Shown here: piece by piece, positions 19,263 through 28,977 of the stretch
Layout of the letters: every line of letters starts with the position of its first letter
Position numbering within the stretch: the stretch's first letter is position 1
The notes under the pieces: generated by a model
What the model was told of the DNA's origin: nothing
Database searches by the model: none
Seen by the model: only the letters and a program-made list of their open reading frames with translations
DNA from: Bdellovibrionota bacterium
GTDB taxonomy: Bacteria > Bdellovibrionota_C > UBA2361
Reading direction: 5' to 3'
Length of the DNA stretch: 48,576 nucleotides
NCBI GenBank assembly: GCA_044352465.1
Contig: JBILDU010000009.1
Span: 1 to 48,576 of the forward strand
Made by a program: the position numbers and the translations under genes

Positions 19263-20468
19263 TCACTCCGGTCGCTGCAGCGCTGCGACGAAGGTGGTGA
19301 GGAAACGGTTCGCGGAGAATCCATCAAGGACGCGGTGATCGATCGTGAGGGTAACGTAGCAACGTGAGCGCACCTCAACTTTCTCGCTCGCCCGATCACC
19401 TACCGAGACCACCCGACGCTCAAGTTTGCCGATCCCCAAAATCGCCGATTGAGGCTGATTGATAATAATCGGAGTAGCCACGATGCTGCCGCTCACCCCG
19501 TGATTCGATATCGTAAAGGTACCCCCCTGCACCTCGTGCGATTCGGTCTTTCCCTCCCGCGCCCGAGCGATCATCCCCTCCAGCGCCTGCGCGGTCTGAA
19601 AGAGATCGAGTTTCTGCGCTGATTTCAACACCGGGACGATCAGTCCACCACTACCGAGGGCGGTGGCGACACCGATATTGGCATCTTCGAAAAGCTCAAG
19701 TGCATCGTCGTGCCATCGACTATTCACTTCAGGGACCGCGACAAGCGCTTGCGCCGCAGCGTGGACAAAATACGGAGTAAAGGTCAGCTTTACTCCTCGC
19801 TGGGCGAACTCAGCCGTATGTCTCTCACGGTGGGCGATAAGCGCCTCAAGATCCGCCTCGAAAACACTCGTCACATGGGGCGCTTGGGTAACGCTCTCCA
19901 CCATATGGCTCGCGATCATCCGCCGCATCGGGGTATGCGCCACCCGGCGGGACGGTCCACACGCGGCGCTGCACGGCGTACGCCCCGAGGTCGCGGCAGC
20001 ACCTCCTCCGGCCACAAATCTCAGAACATCAGCGTGGGTAATTCGCCCCCCCGCTCCCGTGCCCGAAATCTGCTCAGCTTTGAGATTATGCTCCTTTAAA
20101 AGCCGCTTCACCGCCGGACTAATCTCGAGAGCCTGGGAATGATCGCCTGTAGACGACGGGGTTGGCCGAACAACGGCACGTTCGGAGGTCTCAACGGTTA
20201 GAGCTGAACTACCCACTATCTTTGCGGCACCCACCTTAATCCGCCCCAAAATCTCTCCCGGCTTGACCTCCGCATTGACGAGGGCTGCGATCTCGACGAG
20301 CTCACCCGCCGCCGGTGCCGCGATCTCCATCATCACCTTATCGGTGCTAATTTCTATCAGGGGCTCATTCACTTCTACCGAATCCCCCACCGCCTTGAAC
20401 CACTGGGCCACGATCGATTGTGTGCCCTCTTGAGCTTGAGGTAAGACGATATCAATAAGCTCAGCCAT
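19263..20468 (-). CDS. 2-oxoacid dehydrogenase E2 (dihydrolipoamide acyltransferase)
   Basis: Single lipoyl domain EISTDKVMME, E3-binding domain SPAVKRL..GTGAGGRIT, GGTFTISN, and catalytic DHRVLDG. Confidence 0.93.
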   Translation of the reverse strand: MAELIDIVLPQAQEGTQSIVAQWFKAVGDSVEVNEPLIEISTDKVMMEIAAPAAGELVEIAALVNAEVKPGEILGRIKVGAAKIVGSSALTVETSERAVVRPTPSSTGDHSQALEISPAVKRLLKEHNLKAEQISGTGAGGRITHADVLRFVAGGGAAATSGRTPCSAACGPSRRVAHTPMRRMIASHMVESVTQAPHVTSVFEADLEALIAHRERHTAEFAQRGVKLTFTPYFVHAAAQALVAVPEVNSRWHDDALELFEDANIGVATALGSGGLIVPVLKSAQKLDLFQTAQALEGMIARAREGKTESHEVQGGTFTISNHGVSGSIVATPIIINQPQSAILGIGKLERRVVSVGDRASEKVEVRSRCYVTLTIDHRVLDGFSANRFLTTFVAALQRPE

Positions 20469-20470
20469 CG

Positions 20471-22567
20471 TTACATCTCCATTAACTGATTCATCCGCGC
20501 CGCAATCTCTTCAACGTCGGGCACCACCGCGGCCATAAGATTCACGTTGTGCGGGATCGGCAGATCGGGCACCGCGATACGATCCACCGGCGCGTCGAGA
20601 GAGAAGAAGGCTTCCTTCGCAACGACTGCGGCGACCTCAGCACCAAACCCCGCCGTCATCCCGTCCTCGTGGACGATCAGGCACCGGCGGGTCTTTCGCA
20701 CCGACTCAAGAACAGCGGCGCGATCCCACGGAGCGATGGTGCGCAGATCGAGCACCTCGATACCATCCCCGAGCGTATCACACGCCTCCTCCACCCGCTC
20801 CACCATTGCCCCCCACGTGACCACGGTGAGGCGATCTCCAGCCCGAACTATCCGGGCTTGGCCGAACGGCACGACGTAATCATCCCCCGGATAGGGCCGA
20901 CGGGCCCAGGGGGTGTCGAGCATGTGCCGGTGTTCAAAAAATATGGTGGGATCGTTACTCCGCAGCGCCGATCGCAGGAGTCCCACCGCATCTTCCGCGT
21001 TCGACGGCATCGCGACGCGCCATCCGATCGCGTGAGCGAAGACAACCTCACCACTCACCGAGTGCCAGGGGTCGCCGCACTTAAAGAATCCTCCAGGAAT
21101 ACGCACGACGATCGGTGCGGCGAAGCGGTTTGCGGTACGCCACCGAATCGTCCCACAGTTATTAAGCTGCTCGGTCGCGGGGTCAGCGTATTTGCGGAAC
21201 TGAATCTCCGCCACCGGTAAGAGCCCGGCGAGCGCCATCCCGACCGACCGTCCGATGATGCCCTCCTCTGAGAGGCTCGTATCGAACACCCGTGCTTCGC
21301 CAAACATCTCCTGTAGACCAAGAGTCGCCGCATGCACTCCCCCTTTCGGCCCGACATCCTCCCCGAAGACCAGCACTCGCGGATTCGCCCTCAGCTCAAC
21401 CTCAAGGGTTCGCCGAATCGCCGTAATCATGTTGATGCGGGTCGGCTCAGGACTCGGCGTCGTTGTACTCTTGGGGAAAGCAAATCCGTGCGCGAGCACG
21501 CCGCCCGTCTGCTGAAGATCGACCGCGCCATTTCCATCGAGCTCTGAGTACACGTACCGACCTATTTCGGCTGGATCCGGCTCGGGGCGATTTGTTGCAC
21601 CGAGGAGCGCCGCTTCGATATCGCGCGCCACGACTGCATTCACACCGTCCCATTCATCTTGGGAGAGGAGCTGCGGGACCAGAAATTTTTGAAGCTTTGG
21701 CAGCGGATCGCGCGATTCCTCCCCTTTGATAACCTCAGGAGACTTATATGCTTGGGTATCTTGACCGGAGTGACCGGAAAGACGGGGGACAGTCAAGCGA
21801 ATCAAGGCTGGGCCGTTGCCACTCCGGACATGCGCCACCGTCTCCGCAAAAAGGGCCGCCGCTCCCGCTGGGTCGGTACCGTCACCATCTCTAATAAAGA
21901 GATTCTTAAACGCGGCGAGATTCTGCGCGATATTACATCCCGGGGTCTGAAACTCGCCCGGGACCGAGATGCCGTACCCATTGTCCTCGACGTAAAAAAG
22001 GAGGGGCAACTTTAACGTCGTCGCCATAGTCAGCGCCGACCAAAAGCCGTTGGTTGCTACGGCTGCATCACCACTCAGCACGCATGCGATCGCCCCTTCG
22101 TACGACCGATCTTTGAGCACATCGCGGTGGTAGGTAATCGCTTGGGCCCACCCGGCGCACGGGGTGAACTGGGAGCCGACATCGCCTGACATCGGGAAAA
22201 CGGTGGGACTGCCGTTCCCCGGCAAGTTACACACCACTCCGATATCGCGCCCATCACTAAAACCACCGGAGCGCGCCATCGGACTTGCAAACGCATCCTC
22301 AAGCGACAAGCCGAGGCTGAGCAGCATCGGACGGGAGCGGTAGTAGGCACCCACACCGTCGTGGGGATGATTGAGGAACGAACCGAGGATTATCTGGGCG
22401 ACGTCGTGCCCCCGCGCCGAGAACTGGTAGAGCACCTTTTTCTCAGGGACGAGCTTTGTCTCCTCGATGTGATCGAGCGCGCGCGAGGCGAGGGTCAGAT
22501 AGGCAACTCGCCGCCAATCGATTCCCCGAGTTGCCTCCTCCTCCTGCCCTATCTTCGTGGTGCCCAT
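20471..22567 (-). CDS. Fused E1 alpha/beta 2-oxoacid dehydrogenase (branched-chain-like, TPP-dependent)
   Basis: TPP motif GDAA..EDNGYGIS, RLSGHS, FGEDVG..GGV, RVFDTSLSE, AEIQF and EVLDLRTI.PWD. Start moved to the ATG at 22567, which follows AAGAAGG. Confidence 0.9.
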   Translation of the reverse strand: MGTTKIGQEEEATRGIDWRRVAYLTLASRALDHIEETKLVPEKKVLYQFSARGHDVAQIILGSFLNHPHDGVGAYYRSRPMLLSLGLSLEDAFASPMARSGGFSDGRDIGVVCNLPGNGSPTVFPMSGDVGSQFTPCAGWAQAITYHRDVLKDRSYEGAIACVLSGDAAVATNGFWSALTMATTLKLPLLFYVEDNGYGISVPGEFQTPGCNIAQNLAAFKNLFIRDGDGTDPAGAAALFAETVAHVRSGNGPALIRLTVPRLSGHSGQDTQAYKSPEVIKGEESRDPLPKLQKFLVPQLLSQDEWDGVNAVVARDIEAALLGATNRPEPDPAEIGRYVYSELDGNGAVDLQQTGGVLAHGFAFPKSTTTPSPEPTRINMITAIRRTLEVELRANPRVLVFGEDVGPKGGVHAATLGLQEMFGEARVFDTSLSEEGIIGRSVGMALAGLLPVAEIQFRKYADPATEQLNNCGTIRWRTANRFAAPIVVRIPGGFFKCGDPWHSVSGEVVFAHAIGWRVAMPSNAEDAVGLLRSALRSNDPTIFFEHRHMLDTPWARRPYPGDDYVVPFGQARIVRAGDRLTVVTWGAMVERVEEACDTLGDGIEVLDLRTIAPWDRAAVLESVRKTRRCLIVHEDGMTAGFGAEVAAVVAKEAFFSLDAPVDRIAVPDLPIPHNVNLMAAVVPDVEEIAARMNQLMEM

Positions 22568-22833
22568 GGCTCTGTACCTTCTTTGTTGGCGCTCCGTTCG
22601 TCCATGCCGCGCCCTCGCGGGGGAGTATGCTCCGCCTCTCGCTGGGCTGCAAGAGCTCCCCACGGCAGTTTGTCTGTAGAATCGGGAGCTTGGGTGATCT
22701 TCGAACACCCCTCACACCAAAGCCCGGGTCGGTCACGGCGCACTCTCAGAGCAGGCTCCCCTAGTGGCGGATTTCTTTCATTTTTTTCGGAGTTTCGCTA
22801 AAGTAGCGCCGCTTTTGTTCCAAGGGCCGGTCT

Positions 22834-23625
22834 ATGTCAGCGAAAACGATCGTTTTTGAAGTCGAGCGGGGCGTTGGTCGGGTCACCCTGAACCGCCCTG
22901 AGGTTTTGAATAGCTTCGACCGAGCGATGGCACTGGAGCTTCAAGCCGCGCTCCATGAGGCGGCCAGGAGCGATTCGGTGCGAGCGATTCTTCTTACCGG
23001 CAACGGGCGGGCGTTCTGCGCTGGGCAGGATCTCGCTGAGGTGGCACCCCGACCGGACGGCTCGCTTCCCCCACTCGATCCGATCGTCCGTGAGTGTTAC
23101 AACCCGATCATCGAGTCTATCCGCACCACGGAGAAGCCGTTTATCGCCGCCGTCAACGGCGTTGCCGCCGGAGCTGGGGCCAACCTTGCCCTCGCCTGCG
23201 ATATCGTCATCGCTGCCAAAGATGCCGCGTTTATCCAGTCTTTTTCAAAGGTCGGGCTCATCCCCGATAGTGGTGGAACCTTCATGTTGCCGCGGCTGAT
23301 CGGGCTCGCCCGAGCGACCGCGCTCATGTTTCTAGGGGAAAAGATTTCGGCCGAAAAGGCGGTCGAGATGGGGATGATTTACAAAGCGGTGGAGAGCGCG
23401 GAGCTCCTCCCCACAGCTCTTGCCCTCGCCGAAGTGCTCGCGACCCAACCGACGCTTGGCCTCGGGCTCACGAAACGCGCACTCAACGCCTCGGCGCATT
23501 TGGACCTCAAAGCCCAACTGACTCTCGAGGAGGAGCTGCAAGGGGTAGCGGGACGTTCGGCCGATTATCGTGCCGGAGTCGTGGCGTTCCTTGAAAAAAA
23601 GAAGCCTGTATTCGTAGGGAAGTAA
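22834..23625 (+). CDS. paaG: 2-(1,2-epoxy-1,2-dihydrophenyl)acetyl-CoA isomerase
   Basis: Crotonase fold: LNRPEVLNSF, RAFCAGQDL, YNPII, NGVAAGAGANLALACD and GLIPDSGGT (PaaG-type Asp). Confidence 0.92.
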   Translation: MSAKTIVFEVERGVGRVTLNRPEVLNSFDRAMALELQAALHEAARSDSVRAILLTGNGRAFCAGQDLAEVAPRPDGSLPPLDPIVRECYNPIIESIRTTEKPFIAAVNGVAAGAGANLALACDIVIAAKDAAFIQSFSKVGLIPDSGGTFMLPRLIGLARATALMFLGEKISAEKAVEMGMIYKAVESAELLPTALALAEVLATQPTLGLGLTKRALNASAHLDLKAQLTLEEELQGVAGRSADYRAGVVAFLEKKKPVFVGK

Positions 23626-23627
23626 GT

Positions 23628-24827
23628 ATGTCAGGTCGCGCTTCACTCGGAGTTATCGGTGTCCTCGGTGCGGGAGCGATGGGCTCCGGTATCGCTCAAG
23701 TGGCGGCAACGAGCGGGCACAAAGTCATTCTGTTCGACACCAACGGCGACGCGCTTCTACGCGCCCAAGCGGGTATCACCAAGAATCTCCGCCGTGAAAT
23801 CGAAAAAGGCCGCCTCGACGAGAAGCAAGCTCAAACGATTCAGGAGCGTATCGTGTTTCTCGATGGAAACCGCGCCGATCCACTCAAACCCCTCGAATCA
23901 GCCCATCTCATCATCGAAGCGGTGATTGAAAATCTGGATATCAAACAAGAGCTCTTTCGGCGGCTCGAGGCGGTCGTCTCCGCCGATTGTCTGCTCGCGA
24001 CCAACACCTCCTCGCTTTCGGTTGCTTCGATCGCTTCCGCATGTAAGATGCCGGAGCGAGTTCTCGGCATTCACTTCTTTAATCCCGTTCCGGCGATGCC
24101 GCTGGTTGAAATTATCCCGGGCGTTGCGACGAAGCCGCAGACGCTCGACACCGCCACGGCGCTCATGAAGAGCTGGGGGAAGCTCACCGTCCAAGCGAAA
24201 GATACCCCCGGTTTTATCGTGAATCGAATCGCCCGACCGTTTTATGGGGAGTCGATCCGACTTCTCGAAGAGGGTCTCGCCGATGTAGCCACGATCGACT
24301 GGGCGCTCAAAGAGATCGGTGGCTTTCGGATGGGACCGTTCGAGCTGATGGATTTCATCGGCAACGACATTAACTACACCGTCACTCAGACGGTGTATGA
24401 GGCGTTTTTTTTCGACCCACGTTTCAAGCCCTCGCTCACTCAGAAGCGCCTCGTGGAGGCCCGTTTTCTCGGAAGAAAAACGGGGCGGGGCTACTACGAT
24501 TATCGCCCCGGGGCGGAAACCCCTGTCCCGGTCAAGGACACCGCTCTGGGAGAAACGATCGTTCGGCGGGTCGTCGCGATGCTCATCAACGAAGCGATCG
24601 ACGCAGTGTTCATGCGCATCGCCTCGGTCGAAGATATTGAGATAGCGATGACGAAGGGGGTGAACTATCCGCGCGGACTGCTCGCCTGGGGGGAGGAGAT
24701 CGGACTCGCCAACATTTTAGAGACCCTCGCAGGTCTACAGGCGGAGTACGGCGAAGATCGGTATCGGCCGAATCCCCTCCTCCGGCGGATGGTGCGCTCA
24801 AACGAATCGTTTCACTTCAAAAAGTAA
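23628..24827 (+). CDS. paaH: 3-hydroxyadipyl-CoA dehydrogenase
   Basis: GAGAMGSGIA, IEAVIE, TNTSSLS, GIHFFNP, PGFIVNR, GPFELMD, and a second C-terminal dimerisation half-domain. paa context. Confidence 0.9.
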   Translation: MSGRASLGVIGVLGAGAMGSGIAQVAATSGHKVILFDTNGDALLRAQAGITKNLRREIEKGRLDEKQAQTIQERIVFLDGNRADPLKPLESAHLIIEAVIENLDIKQELFRRLEAVVSADCLLATNTSSLSVASIASACKMPERVLGIHFFNPVPAMPLVEIIPGVATKPQTLDTATALMKSWGKLTVQAKDTPGFIVNRIARPFYGESIRLLEEGLADVATIDWALKEIGGFRMGPFELMDFIGNDINYTVTQTVYEAFFFDPRFKPSLTQKRLVEARFLGRKTGRGYYDYRPGAETPVPVKDTALGETIVRRVVAMLINEAIDAVFMRIASVEDIEIAMTKGVNYPRGLLAWGEEIGLANILETLAGLQAEYGEDRYRPNPLLRRMVRSNESFHFKK

Positions 24828-24839
24828 GGATTCAGCGAG

Positions 24840-26051
24840 ATGAACGAAGCTTTTATCGTCGATGGAGTGCGGACCCCGATAGGCAATCATTGCGGTGCGC
24901 TCGCTCAGGTGCGCCCCGATGACCTTGCGGCCCACGCGATCCGAGCGCTGATGGAGCGCCATCCGGCCGTCCCCAGGGAAGCCATTGAGGAGGTCGTCTT
25001 CGGCTCCGCGAATCAAGCGGGGGAAGACAACCGCAACGTCGCGCGGATGGCGGCGCTGCTGGCAGGGCTGCCCCTCACGGTACCAGGAATTACGGTCAAC
25101 CGCCTCTGTGCTTCGGGATTGAGCGCGATCCTCGACGCGGGACGGCTGGTCAGTTCCGGCGATGCCGAGCTCGCTATCGCTGGTGGCGTTGAGAGCATGA
25201 CTCGCGCCCCGTTCGTCCTTGCAAAAGCAGCGACCCCATTTTCCCGCACTGCGGATATCTTCGATACAAGCATCGGCTGGCGTTTCGTCAATCCCCACAT
25301 GAAAGAGCTCTACGGCATCGACTCAATGGGCCAAACCGCTGAGAACGTGGCGGAGAAGTTCTCGATAAACCGGACTGATCAAGATGCCTTCGCCCTCCGC
25401 TCTCAACAAAAAGCAGCCGCGGCGCGCGAACGGGGGCGTTTTGCACGCGAGATAGTGCCGGTCGTTATCCCCGGCGCAAAGGGCACGACGACCTCCATTG
25501 AGCACGACGAGTTTATCCGGCCAAACACAACCCTCGAAACGCTCCAGAAATTGAAGCCTGCTTTCCGCACCGATGGAAAGGGCTCGGTTACCGCAGGTAA
25601 CGCTTCAGGGATTAACGACGGGGCGTGTGCGGTGCTGGTTGCGTCAACCACCGGCATGAAGCGACACAATCTCCGCCCACTTGCCCGTATCGTCGCTTCC
25701 GCCGCAATCGGGGTGGAACCTCGGTATATGGGAATCGGTCCAGTGCAAGCAACCGAGCGGGCGCTGGCCCGCGCCAAGCTCCGCCTGACCGATATGAATA
25801 TCATCGAACTCAACGAGGCCTTCGCGGCCCAGAGTCTTGCGTGTACTCGGGCCCTGGGGATCGCAGATGATGACACCCGGGTGAATCCAAACGGGGGGGC
25901 TATCGCGCTCGGCCATCCTCTCGGGATGAGCGGTGCCCGTCTGGCTCTCACCGCGGCGCTGGAGCTCCACGAGCGGAGCGAGCGCTACGCACTCTGCACG
26001 ATGTGTGTCGGGGTAGGTCAAGGGGTCGCGGCGATTATTGAACGGGTATAG
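24840..26051 (+). CDS. paaJ: 3-oxoadipyl-CoA/3-oxo-5,6-dehydrosuberyl-CoA thiolase (PaaJ/PcaF)
   Basis: ANQAGEDNRNVARM, NRLCASG, IGWRFVNP, NEAF, GHPLG and CVGVGQG. Confidence 0.92.
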   Translation: MNEAFIVDGVRTPIGNHCGALAQVRPDDLAAHAIRALMERHPAVPREAIEEVVFGSANQAGEDNRNVARMAALLAGLPLTVPGITVNRLCASGLSAILDAGRLVSSGDAELAIAGGVESMTRAPFVLAKAATPFSRTADIFDTSIGWRFVNPHMKELYGIDSMGQTAENVAEKFSINRTDQDAFALRSQQKAAAARERGRFAREIVPVVIPGAKGTTTSIEHDEFIRPNTTLETLQKLKPAFRTDGKGSVTAGNASGINDGACAVLVASTTGMKRHNLRPLARIVASAAIGVEPRYMGIGPVQATERALARAKLRLTDMNIIELNEAFAAQSLACTRALGIADDDTRVNPNGGAIALGHPLGMSGARLALTAALELHERSERYALCTMCVGVGQGVAAIIERV

Positions 26052-26092
26052 AGTAGTAGGACGTTTAAACTGAACGACTCATTCAAATAGCT

Positions 26093-26689
26093 ATGGCGAA
26101 TATCTTCGAATTTCAGGGGTTCCGTCCGGTCGTTCATCCGAGTGCCTTTGTTCACCCAAACGCGACCGTCACCGGCAACGTCATCATCGGCCGGGATGTG
26201 TACGTTGGTCCAGGGGCGGCGATCCGCGGAGACTGGGGTGCCATCGTTATCGAGGACGGATGCAACGTGCAGGAGAACTGCACGATCCACATGTTTCCTG
26301 GAGTAACTGTACGCCTCAAGGAGGCGGCTCATATCGGACACGGGGCGATCATTCATGGCGCTACAATCGGTCGAAACACCCTCATCGGCATGAACGCCGT
26401 TATCATGGATAACGCCGAGGTGGGTGACGAATGTATCGTCGGGGCGCTGTGTTTTATTCCAGCCGAGGAGAAGATCCCGCATCGAAAGATCGTCGTTGGG
26501 AATCCGGCGAAGATCGTCAAGGATGTTACCGATGAGCGACTCGCCTGGAAGACGGAGGGGACGAAGCTCTATCAAGCACTCCCGGCGGAGCTCTCTGCAT
26601 CTCTGAGGCCGTGCGAGCCACTCCGCGAGGTACCAGCCGAACGCCCAACCCCGATAGCGAGCTATAAAACCTGGCAGGAAACCAAATAG
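26093..26689 (+). CDS. paaY: PaaY hexapeptide-repeat (gamma-carbonic anhydrase-like) thioesterase
   Basis: RPVVHPSAFVHP, IRGDWG, NVQENC, GHGAIIHG and WKTEGT..YQ.L. Confidence 0.88.
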   Translation: MANIFEFQGFRPVVHPSAFVHPNATVTGNVIIGRDVYVGPGAAIRGDWGAIVIEDGCNVQENCTIHMFPGVTVRLKEAAHIGHGAIIHGATIGRNTLIGMNAVIMDNAEVGDECIVGALCFIPAEEKIPHRKIVVGNPAKIVKDVTDERLAWKTEGTKLYQALPAELSASLRPCEPLREVPAERPTPIASYKTWQETK

Positions 26690-26745
26690 TGTCGCGTACC
26701 GCTCAAACCTGTTTGGCCCAACTATCTTTTCATCAAGGGTGAACT

Positions 26746-28785
26746 ATGCGTCTGCAAAGCTTTTCAAATGGCGAATGGGTGAGCGGGATCGGCAAAGGCA
26801 CCGATCTTTTTCATGCGGTCACCGGCGAAAAAATCGCGGAGGCATCGAGCGACGGGCTCGATTTTAAGGCCATGCTCGCCTACGCACGGAACGTCGGGGG
26901 GCCGAATCTTCGACGTCTCACGTTCCATGATCGGGCCCGGATGCTGAAGGCCCTTGCAAAGTATCTGACCGATCGGAAAGAGGAGTTCTACGCCGTCTCA
27001 GCCGCTACCGGTGCTACAAAAACCGACTCGTGGATCGACATCGAGGGCGGCATCGGCACCTTCTACGTCTATTCCAGTAAGGGCCGTCGGGAATTCCCGA
27101 ACGAGACTTTTTACGTCGACGGCGCCGTGGAAAACCTCTCGAAGGGGGGCACCTTTATCGGGCGTCATATCTGTGTCCCGCTCGAGGGGGTCGCGATTCA
27201 TATCAACGCCTTTAACTTCCCGTGTTGGGGGATGCTTGAGAAGCTCGCCACAAACTTTCTCGCCGGCGTTCCGGCGATCGTCAAACCGGCAACCGTGACC
27301 GCATACCTCACCGAGAAAATGGTGCGGGCGATTATCGAATCGCAGATCTTGCCGGCTGGCGCGCTGCAACTTATCTGCGGCAGCGCGGGCGACCTCCTCG
27401 ACCACGTCATCTGTCAGGATGTGGTTACCTTCACCGGCTCAGCGGCAACCGGAAAGAAACTGAAGAATCATCCGGCGATCATCGAAAATGCGGTTCGGTT
27501 CAACATGGAAGCCGATTCGCTTAATTGCTCCATTCTTGGCCCGGATGCCCGCCCCGGGACCGACGAGTTCGACCTTTTCATCAAAGAGGTGGCCCGAGAG
27601 ATGACCGTCAAGTCGGGTCAGAAATGCACCGCGATCCGCCGAACTATCGTCCCTGCTGATATGGCCAGTGATGTTGTCGCAGCGCTGCGGAAGCGGCTTA
27701 CCACCATTACCCTCGGCGATCCTGCGGTGGATGGCGTTCGCATGGGACCCCTCGCCGGGCGAAGCCAGGTGGGCGAAGTACGCGCAGCGCTTGCCGAGCT
27801 CCGCAAAGGTGCGGAGCTCGTGTACGGCGAGCCAGATAATTTCGAGGTCATCGGCGGAGATAAGGATAAGGGCGCCTTTTTTCCGGCCCTCCTACTCCTG
27901 GCGAACAAGCCGCTCCAGAACCGCCAGGTTCACGACATCGAAGTCTTCGGTCCAGTCAGCACGGTGATACCATACCACTCAGTGGAGGAGGCAATGGAAT
28001 TAGCCCGGCTCGGCAGAGGGAGCCTCGTCGGATCGCTCTTCACGAACGACAACAAGGTAGCCCGCGAGGTTGTCCTGGGCGCTGCACCTTGGCATGGCCG
28101 GATGGTCATTCTCAACCGCCATAGTGCCAAGGAATCGACCGGTCACGGCTCGCCGATGCCCCACCTCGTGCACGGTGGTCCCGGTAGAGCTGGCGGTGGG
28201 GAGGAGATGGGCGGCATTCGAGGGGTGCTCCATTACATGCAACGAACCGCGCTCCAAGGCTCACCGGAAACCTTGACCGCGATATGCCACGAGTGGATGA
28301 AAGGGGCCAATCAGCCAAGTGACCGGATCCATCCGTTTCGTAAGTTCTTCGACGAGCTGGAGATCGGGGAAACCCTCGTCACCCATCGGCGCACCATTAC
28401 TGAGGCCGATATTGTCAATTTCGCTGGCATCAGCGGCGATCACTTCTATGCCCACATGGATGAAATCGCGGCGCGCGAATCTATCTTCGAGAAACGGGTG
28501 GCTCACGGTTACTTCGTCATTGCTGCCGCAGCAGGCCTATTCGTCGATCCCGCCCCTGGCCCGGTGCTAGCGAATTACGGACTTGAAAACCTCCGGTTCG
28601 TGAAACCGGTGGGTATAGGCGATACCATCTACGTGAAGCTTACATGCAAGCAAAAGACCGCTAAAGACACCCCCGCCGGCTCGATTCCGCAAGGTGTCGT
28701 TGCCTGGGATGTTGAGGTCTTAAACCAGCTCAATGAGGCGGTGGCTCTCTACACGATTTTGACCTTGGTGCGGCGCCAAAGCTAA
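26746..28785 (+). CDS. paaZ: Bifunctional oxepin-CoA hydrolase/aldehyde dehydrogenase
   Basis: ALDH domain ([27 protein letters not shown]) fused to a MaoC domain ([19 protein letters not shown]). Confidence 0.97.
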   Translation: MRLQSFSNGEWVSGIGKGTDLFHAVTGEKIAEASSDGLDFKAMLAYARNVGGPNLRRLTFHDRARMLKALAKYLTDRKEEFYAVSAATGATKTDSWIDIEGGIGTFYVYSSKGRREFPNETFYVDGAVENLSKGGTFIGRHICVPLEGVAIHINAFNFPCWGMLEKLATNFLAGVPAIVKPATVTAYLTEKMVRAIIESQILPAGALQLICGSAGDLLDHVICQDVVTFTGSAATGKKLKNHPAIIENAVRFNMEADSLNCSILGPDARPGTDEFDLFIKEVAREMTVKSGQKCTAIRRTIVPADMASDVVAALRKRLTTITLGDPAVDGVRMGPLAGRSQVGEVRAALAELRKGAELVYGEPDNFEVIGGDKDKGAFFPALLLLANKPLQNRQVHDIEVFGPVSTVIPYHSVEEAMELARLGRGSLVGSLFTNDNKVAREVVLGAAPWHGRMVILNRHSAKESTGHGSPMPHLVHGGPGRAGGGEEMGGIRGVLHYMQRTALQGSPETLTAICHEWMKGANQPSDRIHPFRKFFDELEIGETLVTHRRTITEADIVNFAGISGDHFYAHMDEIAARESIFEKRVAHGYFVIAAAAGLFVDPAPGPVLANYGLENLRFVKPVGIGDTIYVKLTCKQKTAKDTPAGSIPQGVVAWDVEVLNQLNEAVALYTILTLVRRQS

Positions 28786-28844
28786 GCCTCGTCACCCGCG
28801 ATTCGATGCAAATACACCGATTGTGAGTGCCCCCCCCGGGTGCT

Positions 28845-28876
28845 ACCGTGAGTCCATCGACTCACTCCGGTTTTTT
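28845..28876 (+). terminator. Probable intrinsic terminator of the paaG-paaZ operon
   Basis: GTGAGTC-CATC-GACTCAC stem, extendable by ACCG/CGGT with a bulge, followed by T6. About 60 nt after the paaZ stop. Confidence 0.5.
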
Positions 28877-28977
28877 GCGTGCAACGGCAGTTCCAAGAGG
28901 CGATCCGCTGGCTGGATGCCCGAAGGTATTGGGCGAGTTTAGGTCGGGGAGCAGGGGCTTGCCACTAAGGGTCTCAC

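Noticed and set aside
22568..22708. N-terminal extensions in the ORF track for E1 (also flgB 39909-40088 and GH63 41471-41530)
   Set aside because: The extensions are not family-like, and better starts with an RBS exist downstream.
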